A stretch of DNA of 64,000 nt. Origin: Actinomycetes bacterium. Lineage in GTDB: Bacteria; Actinomycetota; Acidimicrobiia; Acidimicrobiales; JAKAOS01. Positions 39,956 to 48,746 of this stretch are shown one piece after another. Numbering within the stretch: position 1 is the first letter of the stretch; every line of letters begins with the position of its first letter. Location: contig JAJYPS010000002.1 of NCBI GenBank assembly GCA_021795215.1, positions 2,748 through 66,747 on the forward strand, in the 5' to 3' direction. The position numbers and the translations under genes are program-made. A model generated the notes under the pieces. The model worked only from the letters and a program-made list of their open reading frames with translations, did not search any database and was not told where the DNA came from.

Positions 39956-40720
39956 TCAGACGACAGGGGCGGCGGCTCCGCTGGCCAGCAGCGCTGCACC
40001 TATGATGCCCGCCTCGTTGCGCAGCCGCGCGGGGACCACCTCCACTTCCACCTTCAGGTAGTGCAGGAACTTGTCCGCCTTCCTGCTCACCCCGCCGCCC
40101 AGGATGAGGAGATCGGGCCAGACGAGCCGGTTGAAGTGGCACAGGTAGCGGTCGACTCGCTTCGCCCAGTCCTTCCATCCCAGATGCTCGACGTCCCTCA
40201 CCGCTCCGGACGCGAGCAGCTCTGCGTCCCGCCCGTCCATTTCCAGATGCCCCAGCTCGGTGTTGGGAACGAGCATGCCGTCGACGAACAGCGACGTCCC
40301 GATGCCGGTTCCCAGGGTGACCATGGCGACCGTCCCCGGCCGATCCTTGCCGGCACCGAAGCGCATCTCGGCGAGGCCTGCCGCGTCGGCGTCGTTGATC
40401 ACCCGGCAGGGGCGTCCGGCCGCCTCCCCGTAAAGTGCGGCAGCATCGCACCCGAGCCACTGAGAGTCGATGTTGGCCGCAGTCCGGATCAGACCGCCCT
40501 TCACGACACCGGGGACCGTGCAGCCGAAGGAAGGCTCGACTCCTTCCGCACCCGGCGGCCAGCAGGCGGACAGGCTCGCCACCACACCTGCCACCGCGCC
40601 GGGGGTGGCCGGCTGAGGTGTGGCAATTCGGACGCGTTCTCCGACCAGCTCGCCGGTCGACGTGTCGACCAGGGCACCCTTCACGCCACTTCCTCCGACA
40701 TCGACGCCCAGATGGTTCAC
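39956..40720 (-). CDS. ppgK: polyphosphate glucokinase (ROK family)
   Basis: N-terminal [30 protein letters not shown], and a length of about 254 aa typical of PpgK. Confidence 0.8.
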   Translation of the reverse strand: MNHLGVDVGGSGVKGALVDTSTGELVGERVRIATPQPATPGAVAGVVASLSACWPPGAEGVEPSFGCTVPGVVKGGLIRTAANIDSQWLGCDAAALYGEAAGRPCRVINDADAAGLAEMRFGAGKDRPGTVAMVTLGTGIGTSLFVDGMLVPNTELGHLEMDGRDAELLASGAVRDVEHLGWKDWAKRVDRYLCHFNRLVWPDLLILGGGVSRKADKFLHYLKVEVEVVPARLRNEAGIIGAALLASGAAAPVV

Positions 40721-40762
40721 GGCCGCTCCGGCGGCGTGGCGACGGTCACGGTCGGTGTCCCG

Positions 40763-41092
40763 TCACCTCGGCCCGGTCTCGTCTCTGATCCACTGGAGGT
40801 AGGAGCGGCTGCCACCCTCGATGGGAAGCACGAACACCGCCGGCTCGCTGTAGGGGTGCTCCGCGGTCGTACGCTTCAGGATCTCGGGCACCAGTGCCGT
40901 GCGGGTGTGGAGGGCCACCCGAGCCTCGGTCTCGTCGTAGAGGCGGCCTTCCCAGCGGTACAGCGACCGGATCGGAGCGGACAGATGGCCGCAGGCACAC
41001 AGACGCTGGTCCAGCAGCGCCTTCGTGAAGCCCGCCAGCCACTCCGCGTCCGGGGCGGTGATGCACAGCTCGCACACGTCGGGGTCGGCCAC
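40763..41092 (-). CDS. cutA: divalent-cation tolerance protein CutA
   Basis: A GTG at 41092 gives 109 aa: CITAPDAEWLAGFTKALLDQRLCACGHL...SLYRWEGRLYDETEARVALHT...HPYSEPAVFVLPI. Confidence 0.75.
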   Translation of the reverse strand: MADPDVCELCITAPDAEWLAGFTKALLDQRLCACGHLSAPIRSLYRWEGRLYDETEARVALHTRTALVPEILKRTTAEHPYSEPAVFVLPIEGGSRSYLQWIRDETGPR

Positions 41093-41100
41093 CCGGTCCC

Positions 41101-42081
41101 CTACGGCTTCCGGCACACGCACGCGAGTATGTAGCAGTCCTCCACCTCGTCGAACAGCCCCACGTTCGCCGCGACCTCTTCGGTCATGAAGCGCTGTCGG
41201 GCCATCGACAGACCCGCGTAGTTGATGCCCTTCGCCCAGTCCACGGCGAGACCGGCACCGGCGATCAGCCGTCGCAGCTCGGCCCAGGAGTACTCCACTT
41301 TGTGGTCCGGATCGATGAACTCCTCCTGTTGCAGACGGGTCACCCGGCTGTTGGGCGTGTCCAGGGCCAGGTAGCCGCCGGGCTTCAGGATCCGGGCGAC
41401 CTCCTTCAGCACCAGGGCGCCCTCCTCCGGCGTGACGTGCTCTATGGACTGGCCCGAGTAGACCAGGTCGACACTGCCGTCGGGGAAGACCGAGAGGTCG
41501 GTCATGGAGTGATAGCTGTAGCGGACCGGCCCTCTGGGCGTGTCGATCGGTGCCTCGATCTCGCTGGAGCTGTAGATCGGGTGCCGCTCCTCCGAGGGCA
41601 GGTCCACGATCGTCAGCGAATCGAACCGGTAGGGGTAGCCCAACCCGACGAACGCTCCTTCGGGGTTGCCCAGATCCGTGCCCCCCAGGTCCACGATCGT
41701 CGCCGCCTTCGGGAGCGCCCGGACGAAGCGGCAGCGGCTGGCGTGGATGGAGTTGCCCATCATCTTCGCCGAGAAGCTCCGCTGCTCGAACTCGCTCGAA
41801 CCGCGCAGCGCGTCCACCATCTCCCGCCTGCTCAGCTCTCCAGCGGCCACCGCCCGCTCGTACTGGCCGAAACCGCCGGGGTCCGGCTTTCTTCCCAGCA
41901 CTACCTGATAGGCCAAGTGGACGGCGACCGAGGGAGGCAGCCGTTCGAAGTCGAGGCGCTCCGCCAACTTGCCCACGGCCGACGCCGAAGCGGTTCTCAC
42001 CCTGGCCACCGGACGCCGAGATCGGGACAGCCGGACCAACTGCTTCGACGCCGCCGACGCCATGTCCGGGATGCGGCTCAT
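41101..42081 (-). CDS. DUF4214-domain + class I SAM-dependent methyltransferase
   Basis: A DUF4214-like segment (AYQVVLGRKPDPGGFGQYERAVAAGELSRREMVDALRGSSEF), followed by a methyltransferase core (IVDLGG..., VDLVYSGQSIEHV, LKPGGYLALDTPN). Confidence 0.65.
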   Translation of the reverse strand: MSRIPDMASAASKQLVRLSRSRRPVARVRTASASAVGKLAERLDFERLPPSVAVHLAYQVVLGRKPDPGGFGQYERAVAAGELSRREMVDALRGSSEFEQRSFSAKMMGNSIHASRCRFVRALPKAATIVDLGGTDLGNPEGAFVGLGYPYRFDSLTIVDLPSEERHPIYSSSEIEAPIDTPRGPVRYSYHSMTDLSVFPDGSVDLVYSGQSIEHVTPEEGALVLKEVARILKPGGYLALDTPNSRVTRLQQEEFIDPDHKVEYSWAELRRLIAGAGLAVDWAKGINYAGLSMARQRFMTEEVAANVGLFDEVEDCYILACVCRKP

Positions 42082-42142
42082 CGCGGCATGCTATCCCGGT
42101 CCGCGTCGCCACGGCCGACCGGGAGCTCGCGGAGCCGGCCCG

Positions 42143-43669
42143 TCAGTTGGCTCTTCCGGCCAGTTCCATCTTCCCGGCATTTCGATCGGGCACGAGTTGC
42201 TCGAGGGACAGGCCGGATGCCTCCTTACCGCCCGAGCGGGAGTAGATGGCCATGGCCATCACTCCCACGGCCCAGAAGAGACCGACCAACAGGTACGAGA
42301 ACGCGGCGCCGATCTGAGCCGCTATGGACGGCAGGGCCAGCGTGCCGACGATCGCTCCGATGCGGCCCACTGCGACCGATGTGCCAACCCCGGCACCTCT
42401 CAGATGGGTCGGGAACAGCTCGGTGAAAGTCGGGTACGCCGATGTCCAGGCCCCGGTCGCTGCGGCGTTGGATATGACGAACGCCCCGGTCACGAGCACT
42501 GCGCTACCGGTCGACGTCGCTATCGCCAGCAGTCCCACTCCCACCGCGGCTGCGGCGTAGAACCCGATCACTGTCCGCTTCCGGCCGAGGCGCTCGATGT
42601 TGGCCGACATCGCGATGCCTCCGGCGAGACCACCCACGTTGCCCACTATGTAGAAGAAGGGGATCTGGACGTTCGACACGTGGACCTGCTTCAGCACCAC
42701 GACGGACAGTACGGCGAAGATGCCGTAGTAGCCGAACGCTTCGGCGAGGTCCAACGAGCATCCGAGTGCCAGCCGACCCGGGTACTTGGCGACCAGCTCC
42801 CTGATGGCTTGGGGGAAGGAAGGAGCCGACCGCTCTATCGGTGCCCCCGCCGGTCGACCCCTGCGGCCACCGCCGGAAGCGGCCTCCAGCGAAGCGACTA
42901 TCGCCTCCGCCTCGTCCAGCCGACCCCGGGACACCAGCCATCGGGGGGACTCGGGCAGGTGCCGCCGGAAGAACAGCACTACGAGGGCGATGACCCCGCC
43001 AAAGGCGAATATGTATCGCCACGACATGGCGTTGGACACGGTCAGCAGGTTGAGCACGACGAATGCGAGGAGCGCGGCCACGATCGCTCCCGCCGGCCAG
43101 AAGTTCATCACGAATGCATTTGCGCGGCCGCGGACGCGGGCCGGCACGAACTCGGCGATGGCAGAGTTGACGATGGAGTACTCGGCTCCGACTCCCAGCG
43201 CTGCCAGCGCACGGAACGCGTACACCAGCACGAGCGTCGGGCTGAGTGCCGTGAGGAACGTGAAACCCGCGTACCAGAGCAGCGTGAGCATGAACAGCCT
43301 TCGCCGGCCGAACCGGTCGGCCAGCCGGCCTCCGGCGAGCGCACCCAGGAGTATCCCTGCCAGCCAGACGGCTTGGACGGCGTCCCTCTGGAGGAACGAC
43401 GCGTGGAAGTAGTCTCCCAACGGGCCGATGGCGTTGCCGAACAGCTGCACCTCGAAAGCGTCGAACAGCCATCCGGCCCCAAGTGCGAGAAGAATCGCGT
43501 TGTGGACCGGGCTCCACTTCAGCCGGTCCAGGCGGGCGCCTATGTCGGCACCGGGCGGCGATTCGGCGGCTGGTGACCCAGGCGTTGCGGACAAGGCGTT
43601 CTCTCCTTCTGTTTCGTCGGTGACCGAGCGCGGCGACCGAGCGCGGGGATCGGTACGAGGGGGTGCCAC
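42143..43669 (-). CDS. MFS transporter (metabolite:H+ symporter / sugar-porter-like)
   Basis: 12-TM layout with GGRLADRFGRRRLFM (MFS motif A) and GVGAEYSIVNSAIAEFVPARVRG. Confidence 0.8.
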   Translation of the reverse strand: MAPPRTDPRARSPRSVTDETEGENALSATPGSPAAESPPGADIGARLDRLKWSPVHNAILLALGAGWLFDAFEVQLFGNAIGPLGDYFHASFLQRDAVQAVWLAGILLGALAGGRLADRFGRRRLFMLTLLWYAGFTFLTALSPTLVLVYAFRALAALGVGAEYSIVNSAIAEFVPARVRGRANAFVMNFWPAGAIVAALLAFVVLNLLTVSNAMSWRYIFAFGGVIALVVLFFRRHLPESPRWLVSRGRLDEAEAIVASLEAASGGGRRGRPAGAPIERSAPSFPQAIRELVAKYPGRLALGCSLDLAEAFGYYGIFAVLSVVVLKQVHVSNVQIPFFYIVGNVGGLAGGIAMSANIERLGRKRTVIGFYAAAAVGVGLLAIATSTGSAVLVTGAFVISNAAATGAWTSAYPTFTELFPTHLRGAGVGTSVAVGRIGAIVGTLALPSIAAQIGAAFSYLLVGLFWAVGVMAMAIYSRSGGKEASGLSLEQLVPDRNAGKMELAGRAN

Positions 43670-43743
43670 CGCCCTCGCTCTTTGCGGAAAGGGCTATCGG
43701 CTAATGCGATCTTGCGACCCGACCGGGCCGCCGCAGCTCACGT

Positions 43744-44571
43744 TCACCTGATGCCCAGTGTCGCATCGGCCCCTGCGCTGGTGCCGGTCGCGAGCCCCAC
43801 GGCCGCGTTGGCGGCTATCGACAGCGGGTTGACCGTCCGGCTGATCAACAGGTCCAAGTCGAGGTCGCCGTTCGTCACAGTGGGGCCGAACGGGCTCCAG
43901 AACGCTCCGTCGGCGCTGATCGTCAGCTCGCAGGGGATGTTCTCGACGCCGGCGGAGAGTCCCATGCCCGCGGTCAGCGCCCGCCCTCTGCTGATCACCG
44001 GTCGAACCACATGGTCCTCGTCCGGCACGCCCAGCTCTCTGTGCAGCTTGCAGAGCCGTTCGAGCGCTTCCTCGCCTATCTCCTCCTGCGTCGTGGCTAT
44101 GCGGACCTTGATCCCCTTGTCCACCAGCTTCGGTATGGCCTTGACGACTTTCGCGAAGTTCTCCGGTCCCCGCATGGAGTCGTTCTCGTCGGGGTCCGGG
44201 CTGTCGAGGGAGATCTGAATCGATATGGGCAGGCCTCTCAAATGCTCCATCCTCTCCAGGCGCGGGCCGGAGAAGAGGGTGCCGTTGGAGAGCACCACCA
44301 GCGGCAGGATGTTCGCCAGGGTGGCCAAGGTGTCGGGCATGTGCGACACCATGAACGGCTCGCCTCCGGTCACACCCAACGAGCGGAACCCCAGCTCCCT
44401 CGCCTGGAAAGCGAGCTCGACCATCAGGGCCGGGTCGAGCAGCCTCCGAGCGACGGCCGGACCGGATCCGGTGAGGCAGTAGCTGCAGGTCAGGTTGCAG
44501 TGGTAGTTCGCATAGAACCACACCCGTTCGCCGACCGCTCCACTGGCGATCGCGTCGCTGACAGCGGTCAC
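43744..44571 (-). CDS. radical SAM enzyme (no SPASM/twitch Cys-rich extension)
   Basis: CX3CX2C cluster motif in FYANYHCNLTCSYCLTG and the GGE motif GVTGGEPF. The GTG start overlaps the stop of the upstream AhpD-like gene (GTGA). Confidence 0.8.
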   Translation of the reverse strand: MTAVSDAIASGAVGERVWFYANYHCNLTCSYCLTGSGPAVARRLLDPALMVELAFQARELGFRSLGVTGGEPFMVSHMPDTLATLANILPLVVLSNGTLFSGPRLERMEHLRGLPISIQISLDSPDPDENDSMRGPENFAKVVKAIPKLVDKGIKVRIATTQEEIGEEALERLCKLHRELGVPDEDHVVRPVISRGRALTAGMGLSAGVENIPCELTISADGAFWSPFGPTVTNGDLDLDLLISRTVNPLSIAANAAVGLATGTSAGADATLGIR

Positions 44572-45173
44572 AGCACCCCCTCTATCTCCAGGCGGGCCAC
44601 GGTGTCCTCCGAGACGGGAAGCTCCAAGGCGGTCGAGAAGCGGTTCAGCAGAAGCGTGACGCCGCTCAGCAGGGCCAGCTCCACCAGCCCTGCGTCGCCG
44701 AACCGACCTTGGATCGGGCTCTGGACCGCCTCGGGGATTCCCGAGCGGCCGACTGCCATCTCGTCCACCCAGCGGATCAGTTCCCTGTCCCGGTCGTCCT
44801 CGAACGCCGTCTCCAGATCGCCATCGCCCCTCAGAGCCCTCACCTGGGCCGGCCGAAGGCCGGCATCCAGGGCGGCGGCACTGTGACCGGTGGTGCAGAA
44901 CGAGCAGCCTGCAAGTGCGGAAGTGCGTAGGACGACGACCTCTTTCGTCCGGGGGTCGAGGCTCGTCGGGCCGAAAATAGTTCCCAGGAGCGGCGCCGCC
45001 GCCTGCAGAAGTTCCGGCGTCTGCGCCAGGGCACGGACGATAGGACCCGGGTCGCCATCTTGGAAGAATGGCCGCGCCAGCAGGGGCGCGTTATGCGTCT
45101 CGAGAAGCTTCACCACAGCCATACCGACGAGTGTCCCACTGCTCGACTTCTTATGAGCAATCGGCAGGCCCAC
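44568..45173 (-). CDS. carboxymuconolactone decarboxylase / AhpD-like family protein (CxxC)
   Basis: AhpD-type motif LAGCSFCTTGHSAAAL. An alternative ATG start lies at 45122. Confidence 0.7.
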   Translation of the reverse strand: MGLPIAHKKSSSGTLVGMAVVKLLETHNAPLLARPFFQDGDPGPIVRALAQTPELLQAAAPLLGTIFGPTSLDPRTKEVVVLRTSALAGCSFCTTGHSAAALDAGLRPAQVRALRGDGDLETAFEDDRDRELIRWVDEMAVGRSGIPEAVQSPIQGRFGDAGLVELALLSGVTLLLNRFSTALELPVSEDTVARLEIEGVL

Positions 45174-45213
45174 TTTTGTCGGGAAAAGTTTCGGCGCCCG
45201 ACCCGCGATACAC

Positions 45214-45816
45214 CTAATAGCCTAAGGAACGGATGTAGCCGGCAAATCGGCCAGATGGTGCGGAACTGGCGACGAGCGACAGCTGGTCCACTGTGTCGAC
45301 GTCCACGAGCGGGGGCAGCAGTGCGACCCGCAGGCCCTCATCCTGAAGCCGCCTCAGCTGCGCTTTCCCCGTAGCGGACGTGCTCATGGGGACCCGGGAG
45401 AACACTCGCGGATCAGGGGTTCGCATGCCGATCGCCCACCACCCCCCGTCGTCCGCCAAGCCCAGCACCGCGTCGACTCCCGGTCCTGCGAGGGTTCTCA
45501 GGCACTCTTGGAGCAGTCCGGGCGTCACCTGGGGGGTGTCCATGCCGATCTGGATGCCACCCTGGCCCAGGTCGCTCCACGCGTTCGCCAGGCGTTCCGC
45601 CAGCCCCTCTCCCCGTTGACGCACCACCTCGAACCCGTCGGGAAGCCAGGGGCCGACCGTTCCGTCCAGGAGCAGCACCCGTCGCCCAGCCGCTGTCGCA
45701 GCAACCGCGTCGAGCGTGTCCAACAGGGCCGACCTCGCCACCTCACATGCCTGGTCGGGCGAGAGCGGAGGGCAGAGCCGGGTCTTCACCTTCCCCGGTA
45801 CCGGCGCCTTGGCCAT
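45214..45816 (-). CDS. DUF2064-family GT-A/nucleotidyltransferase-like protein
   Basis: MAKAPVPGKVKTRLCPPLSPDQA...ALLDTLDAV ... GLADDGGWWAIG is the hallmark layout of DUF2064. The start is the ATG at 45816. Confidence 0.7.
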   Translation of the reverse strand: MAKAPVPGKVKTRLCPPLSPDQACEVARSALLDTLDAVAATAAGRRVLLLDGTVGPWLPDGFEVVRQRGEGLAERLANAWSDLGQGGIQIGMDTPQVTPGLLQECLRTLAGPGVDAVLGLADDGGWWAIGMRTPDPRVFSRVPMSTSATGKAQLRRLQDEGLRVALLPPLVDVDTVDQLSLVASSAPSGRFAGYIRSLGY

Positions 45817-45928
45817 GACACTCAGATGGAATTGCGGGTAGGGCGAGACCGACCTTGTGGCCGGATCGATTCCGAGAGGAGCTCTCGCCGGGGCCTCGCC
45901 GGCGGATGCCGGTGCCGGTTCACGTCGC

Positions 45929-47317
45929 TCAGCCAACCTGGCGCAGCTCCGAGCGGAGCAGCTCGGCGAACGCGCGCACGACCCCAGCCGGCTCGTCCGT
46001 AACTCCCCCCTCGGCGAGCCGGGAGGGCGTCGTCCGCCGCGCAGCCGACAGGAGTGCCGACTGCGCCCGCACTCGGGCTCCCTCGTCGAGCGTCTCCAGG
46101 TCGGATACCTTCGCCAGCCCGACGATCCGTCGCACGATCTCACACCCCGCATACCCGCACGCATCCTCGGACGCACGCAGGAGCCAGGCCTCGAGGAAGT
46201 CGTCGCCGAACGACGTGTCGGTCCGCGCCGGCCACAGGGCTCGCAACTCCGCCTCGAAGCTGACCCATACCCGTTCCACTGCCACCAGCAGCCACGCCAA
46301 CATGTCGCCGCTCCGCTGCGTGCCCAAGTCGCAGACCGCCGCCCTGCCGGCTGCGAGCGCCAGGTTCCCCATCAACATGCCCACGTCGAGTGCGGCCGGC
46401 CCGTAGAAGCAGAACTCCGGGTCGAACACCTTTGCCGCCCATAGTGACCCTTCCCCGTCCGGGAGCTGCGTGGGGGACACTCGGGCGTCGCGGCGAGATG
46501 GCCCTCCGCCGTCCCCTTCGCCCCCGCCGCCCGATCTGTCGCCCGCAGTTCCAGCGCCACCTTGGCCCCCGCCCACCTGCCGGTCCCCCGACTGCCGGAC
46601 CATTATCGAACCCGTGTGCAGGTCGCCGTGCACCAGCGCCTCGGACGCCGTCAGGAAGCGGTGCTTCAAGCGCTGCACGTTGGCGATGTAGTGGCGGTCT
46701 CGGCGCAAATCCTCGACGGCTCTCGCCAGCCCAGGGAAGAAGCTGTTCCTCGGATGGTCCACGAAAGGCTCCGTGAGCACGAGCTGCTCCGTGATGGCGC
46801 AAAGCTCGGCGTTGGCCGAAGAGCACACCTGCCGGCGCAACGCTTCGGAGGGCAGTCCCATGAAGGACGTGGCGAACACCATCCGTGCCGAGTAGGCGCC
46901 GGCGTCCGACTCGGCACCCGGCGCGGGGACGCCGCTGTTGAGCAGGGAGCGGAGGACGGTCCAGCCGGACAGGTTCTCCAGGGCCAGGGCGTAGCGCCGG
47001 GCGTCGAAGCCGAAGTAGCGGGGAACGAGGGTGGGGGCCGCTTCGCTCGCCACTTGGTAGGAGCGGGCTTCGGCGCAGGCGCGTTCCGGCGAGAGGGGCC
47101 ACTCCGGCCCGACCATGCGGACGTACGGAAGGGACTGCTTGATGCAGAGACCGGGCATCCCAGGGCTTTCGCAGATGAAGACGAGGTTCAGGTTCCCGTC
47201 GCCCACTTCCCGCACCGAGAGCCGCAGCGGGTCCACCGAGCCGTGCAGATGGGGCTGGCTCTTCAAGTAGTCGGACAAGTTGTCGGGCGTCAGGAGCTCA
47301 TAGGACTCGTAGGACAA
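45929..47317 (-). CDS. mtnK: S-methyl-5-thioribose kinase homolog
   Basis: It is co-linear with MtnK as I remember it: VGDGNLNLVF, IKQSLPYVRMVGPEWPLSPERA, ELCAITEQLVLTEPF, HGDLHTGSIMV, DPEFCFYGP and GYAGCEIVRRIVGLAKVSDL. A TTG start at 47317 is proposed. The track ORF extension up to 48076 is antisense to the GT2 gene and is rejected. Confidence 0.8.
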   Translation of the reverse strand: MSYESYELLTPDNLSDYLKSQPHLHGSVDPLRLSVREVGDGNLNLVFICESPGMPGLCIKQSLPYVRMVGPEWPLSPERACAEARSYQVASEAAPTLVPRYFGFDARRYALALENLSGWTVLRSLLNSGVPAPGAESDAGAYSARMVFATSFMGLPSEALRRQVCSSANAELCAITEQLVLTEPFVDHPRNSFFPGLARAVEDLRRDRHYIANVQRLKHRFLTASEALVHGDLHTGSIMVRQSGDRQVGGGQGGAGTAGDRSGGGGEGDGGGPSRRDARVSPTQLPDGEGSLWAAKVFDPEFCFYGPAALDVGMLMGNLALAAGRAAVCDLGTQRSGDMLAWLLVAVERVWVSFEAELRALWPARTDTSFGDDFLEAWLLRASEDACGYAGCEIVRRIVGLAKVSDLETLDEGARVRAQSALLSAARRTTPSRLAEGGVTDEPAGVVRAFAELLRSELRQVG

Positions 47318-47567
47318 GAGGCAGCCTCCGGGGATTGCCGGAACGGCACGGCGGCGATGGGGGCCGTGTGCTCGCGGCACTACCGGAGGAAGGTACCACT
47401 GCCGGAAAAGTACGGCCCGGGCGGACCCAGTGCCGACCTGGCCAGGCGGCCAAGCGCCGACCTGCTGCGGCGAAGGTCGGTGTGGGCATAGCACAGGGCG
47501 CGGCAGTACCATCCGCGCCGACCACGGCACATACCGGCGACCGACCAACGACCAGACGAAGGACGAC

Positions 47568-48620
47568 ATGAACAGCACGCCAGCCGTATCGGTAGTACTG
47601 CCCTTCCACAGAGGGGGCCGGTTCCTGGAAGACGCGGTGGAGAGCGTTCTTGGCCAGTCGTTCACCGACTGGGAGCTCATCCTGGTGGACAACAACGCGG
47701 GGCTGAAGCCGGACACGAGCCGGTGGCCGGACAAGGTGAAGACGATCCGGGAGCAACGTCCGGGAGCCGCCTGGGCGCTGAACGCCGGGACAGCGGCTGC
47801 GAGCGGAAGGTACGTGGCCTTCCTGGACGAGGACGACCTCTGGATGAGAGAAAAGCTGGCGATGCAAGTGGAGGCGTTGGACTCCCGTCCCGATGCGGGC
47901 CTGTGCCACACGGGGCTGGAAGGCATCGACGCCGACGGGCGGGTGATCGGTTCACGGGCGGCTCGCCCCCTGACGTACGCCGACGTGCTGGCCGACCGCG
48001 GGCTGTGGAAGATGAGCTGCCTAATGGTGCGCCGGGAGCTGCTCGTCGGAGTGGGCGGCTTCGACCCGACGTACACTCTCGCTCCGGACCTGGACCTCGG
48101 CCTGAGACTGCTCTACTTCGAGTCGGGGGTGTTCCTCGACGAAGTCCTGCTGCGGTACCGGTATCACGGAGACAACATCTCCCACGGCTACTGGCTCCAG
48201 GGCCAGGAAGCGCTCCGGACGCTGGGCGTCCACCGCAGGCAGGCATTCCTGGAGCGCCGGTGGCGAGTGTGGGCCGGAGCTTGGCGAGGCGTCGCAACGG
48301 TGCGTCACGGGTACTCGAGAAACGCGTTCGCACGCGCCCGCAGGGCGGTGGACGCGGGGCGCCCGGTCGGCGAAGTGGGTCGTCACGTCGCTTACTCGGT
48401 CGCCTTCTCGCCGACCGGGCCGCTCGGTGCGATGGCGGCCCGTCTGGTGAACAAGGGTCGGTCGAAGATCTGGCCGGAGGTGGACAGCTGGGGGGGACCC
48501 GCGGCTCCCGCAGAGGTAGCTCCGGCTGGGGGTGCTCCGGCTGCGAGTGCTCCGGCCGACCGCGGCGCCGAAGCAGCACAGGACCAGCCAGCGGCAGGGA
48601 AGCAACTCCCGATCTCCTAG
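47568..48620 (+). CDS. family-2 glycosyltransferase (GT-A)
   Basis: VSVVLPFHRGGRFLEDAVESVLGQSFTDWELILVDN and the DxD motif FLDEDDLW. The ATG at 47568 is divergent from mtnK. Confidence 0.8.
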   Translation: MNSTPAVSVVLPFHRGGRFLEDAVESVLGQSFTDWELILVDNNAGLKPDTSRWPDKVKTIREQRPGAAWALNAGTAAASGRYVAFLDEDDLWMREKLAMQVEALDSRPDAGLCHTGLEGIDADGRVIGSRAARPLTYADVLADRGLWKMSCLMVRRELLVGVGGFDPTYTLAPDLDLGLRLLYFESGVFLDEVLLRYRYHGDNISHGYWLQGQEALRTLGVHRRQAFLERRWRVWAGAWRGVATVRHGYSRNAFARARRAVDAGRPVGEVGRHVAYSVAFSPTGPLGAMAARLVNKGRSKIWPEVDSWGGPAAPAEVAPAGGAPAASAPADRGAEAAQDQPAAGKQLPIS

Positions 48621-48653
48621 CCCCGGGGCGGCGGCCGTCCGGGTTTGCGTCGG

Positions 48654-48686
48654 GACCGGGCGGCGACCGGGCGACGACCGGGCGAC
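48654..48686. repeat. 11-bp tandem repeat x3 (GACCGGGCGNC)
   Basis: gaccgggcggc, gaccgggcgac, gaccgggcgac, in the convergent gap between the GT2 and epimerase genes. Confidence 0.85.
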
Positions 48687-48746
48687 GATGGAGGCTGGCT
48701 CGTCAGCTCGCCGGAGGCGACACCGGTCGGTGGCGGGATGCTGGCG

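Noticed and set aside
47318-47567. The 250-bp divergent leader between mtnK and the GT2 gene contains stable hairpins (for example CCGACCT-N10-AGGTCGG near 47455-47480). I checked it as a possible SAM riboswitch (SAM-I/SAM-IV) controlling mtnK.
   Set aside because: I could not find the conserved SAM-I or SAM-IV core elements in the correct order on the mtnK-sense strand; only loose resemblances appeared (GUGCCGUUCC, CCGGCAAUCC). A covariance-model scan (Rfam/Infernal) would be decisive.
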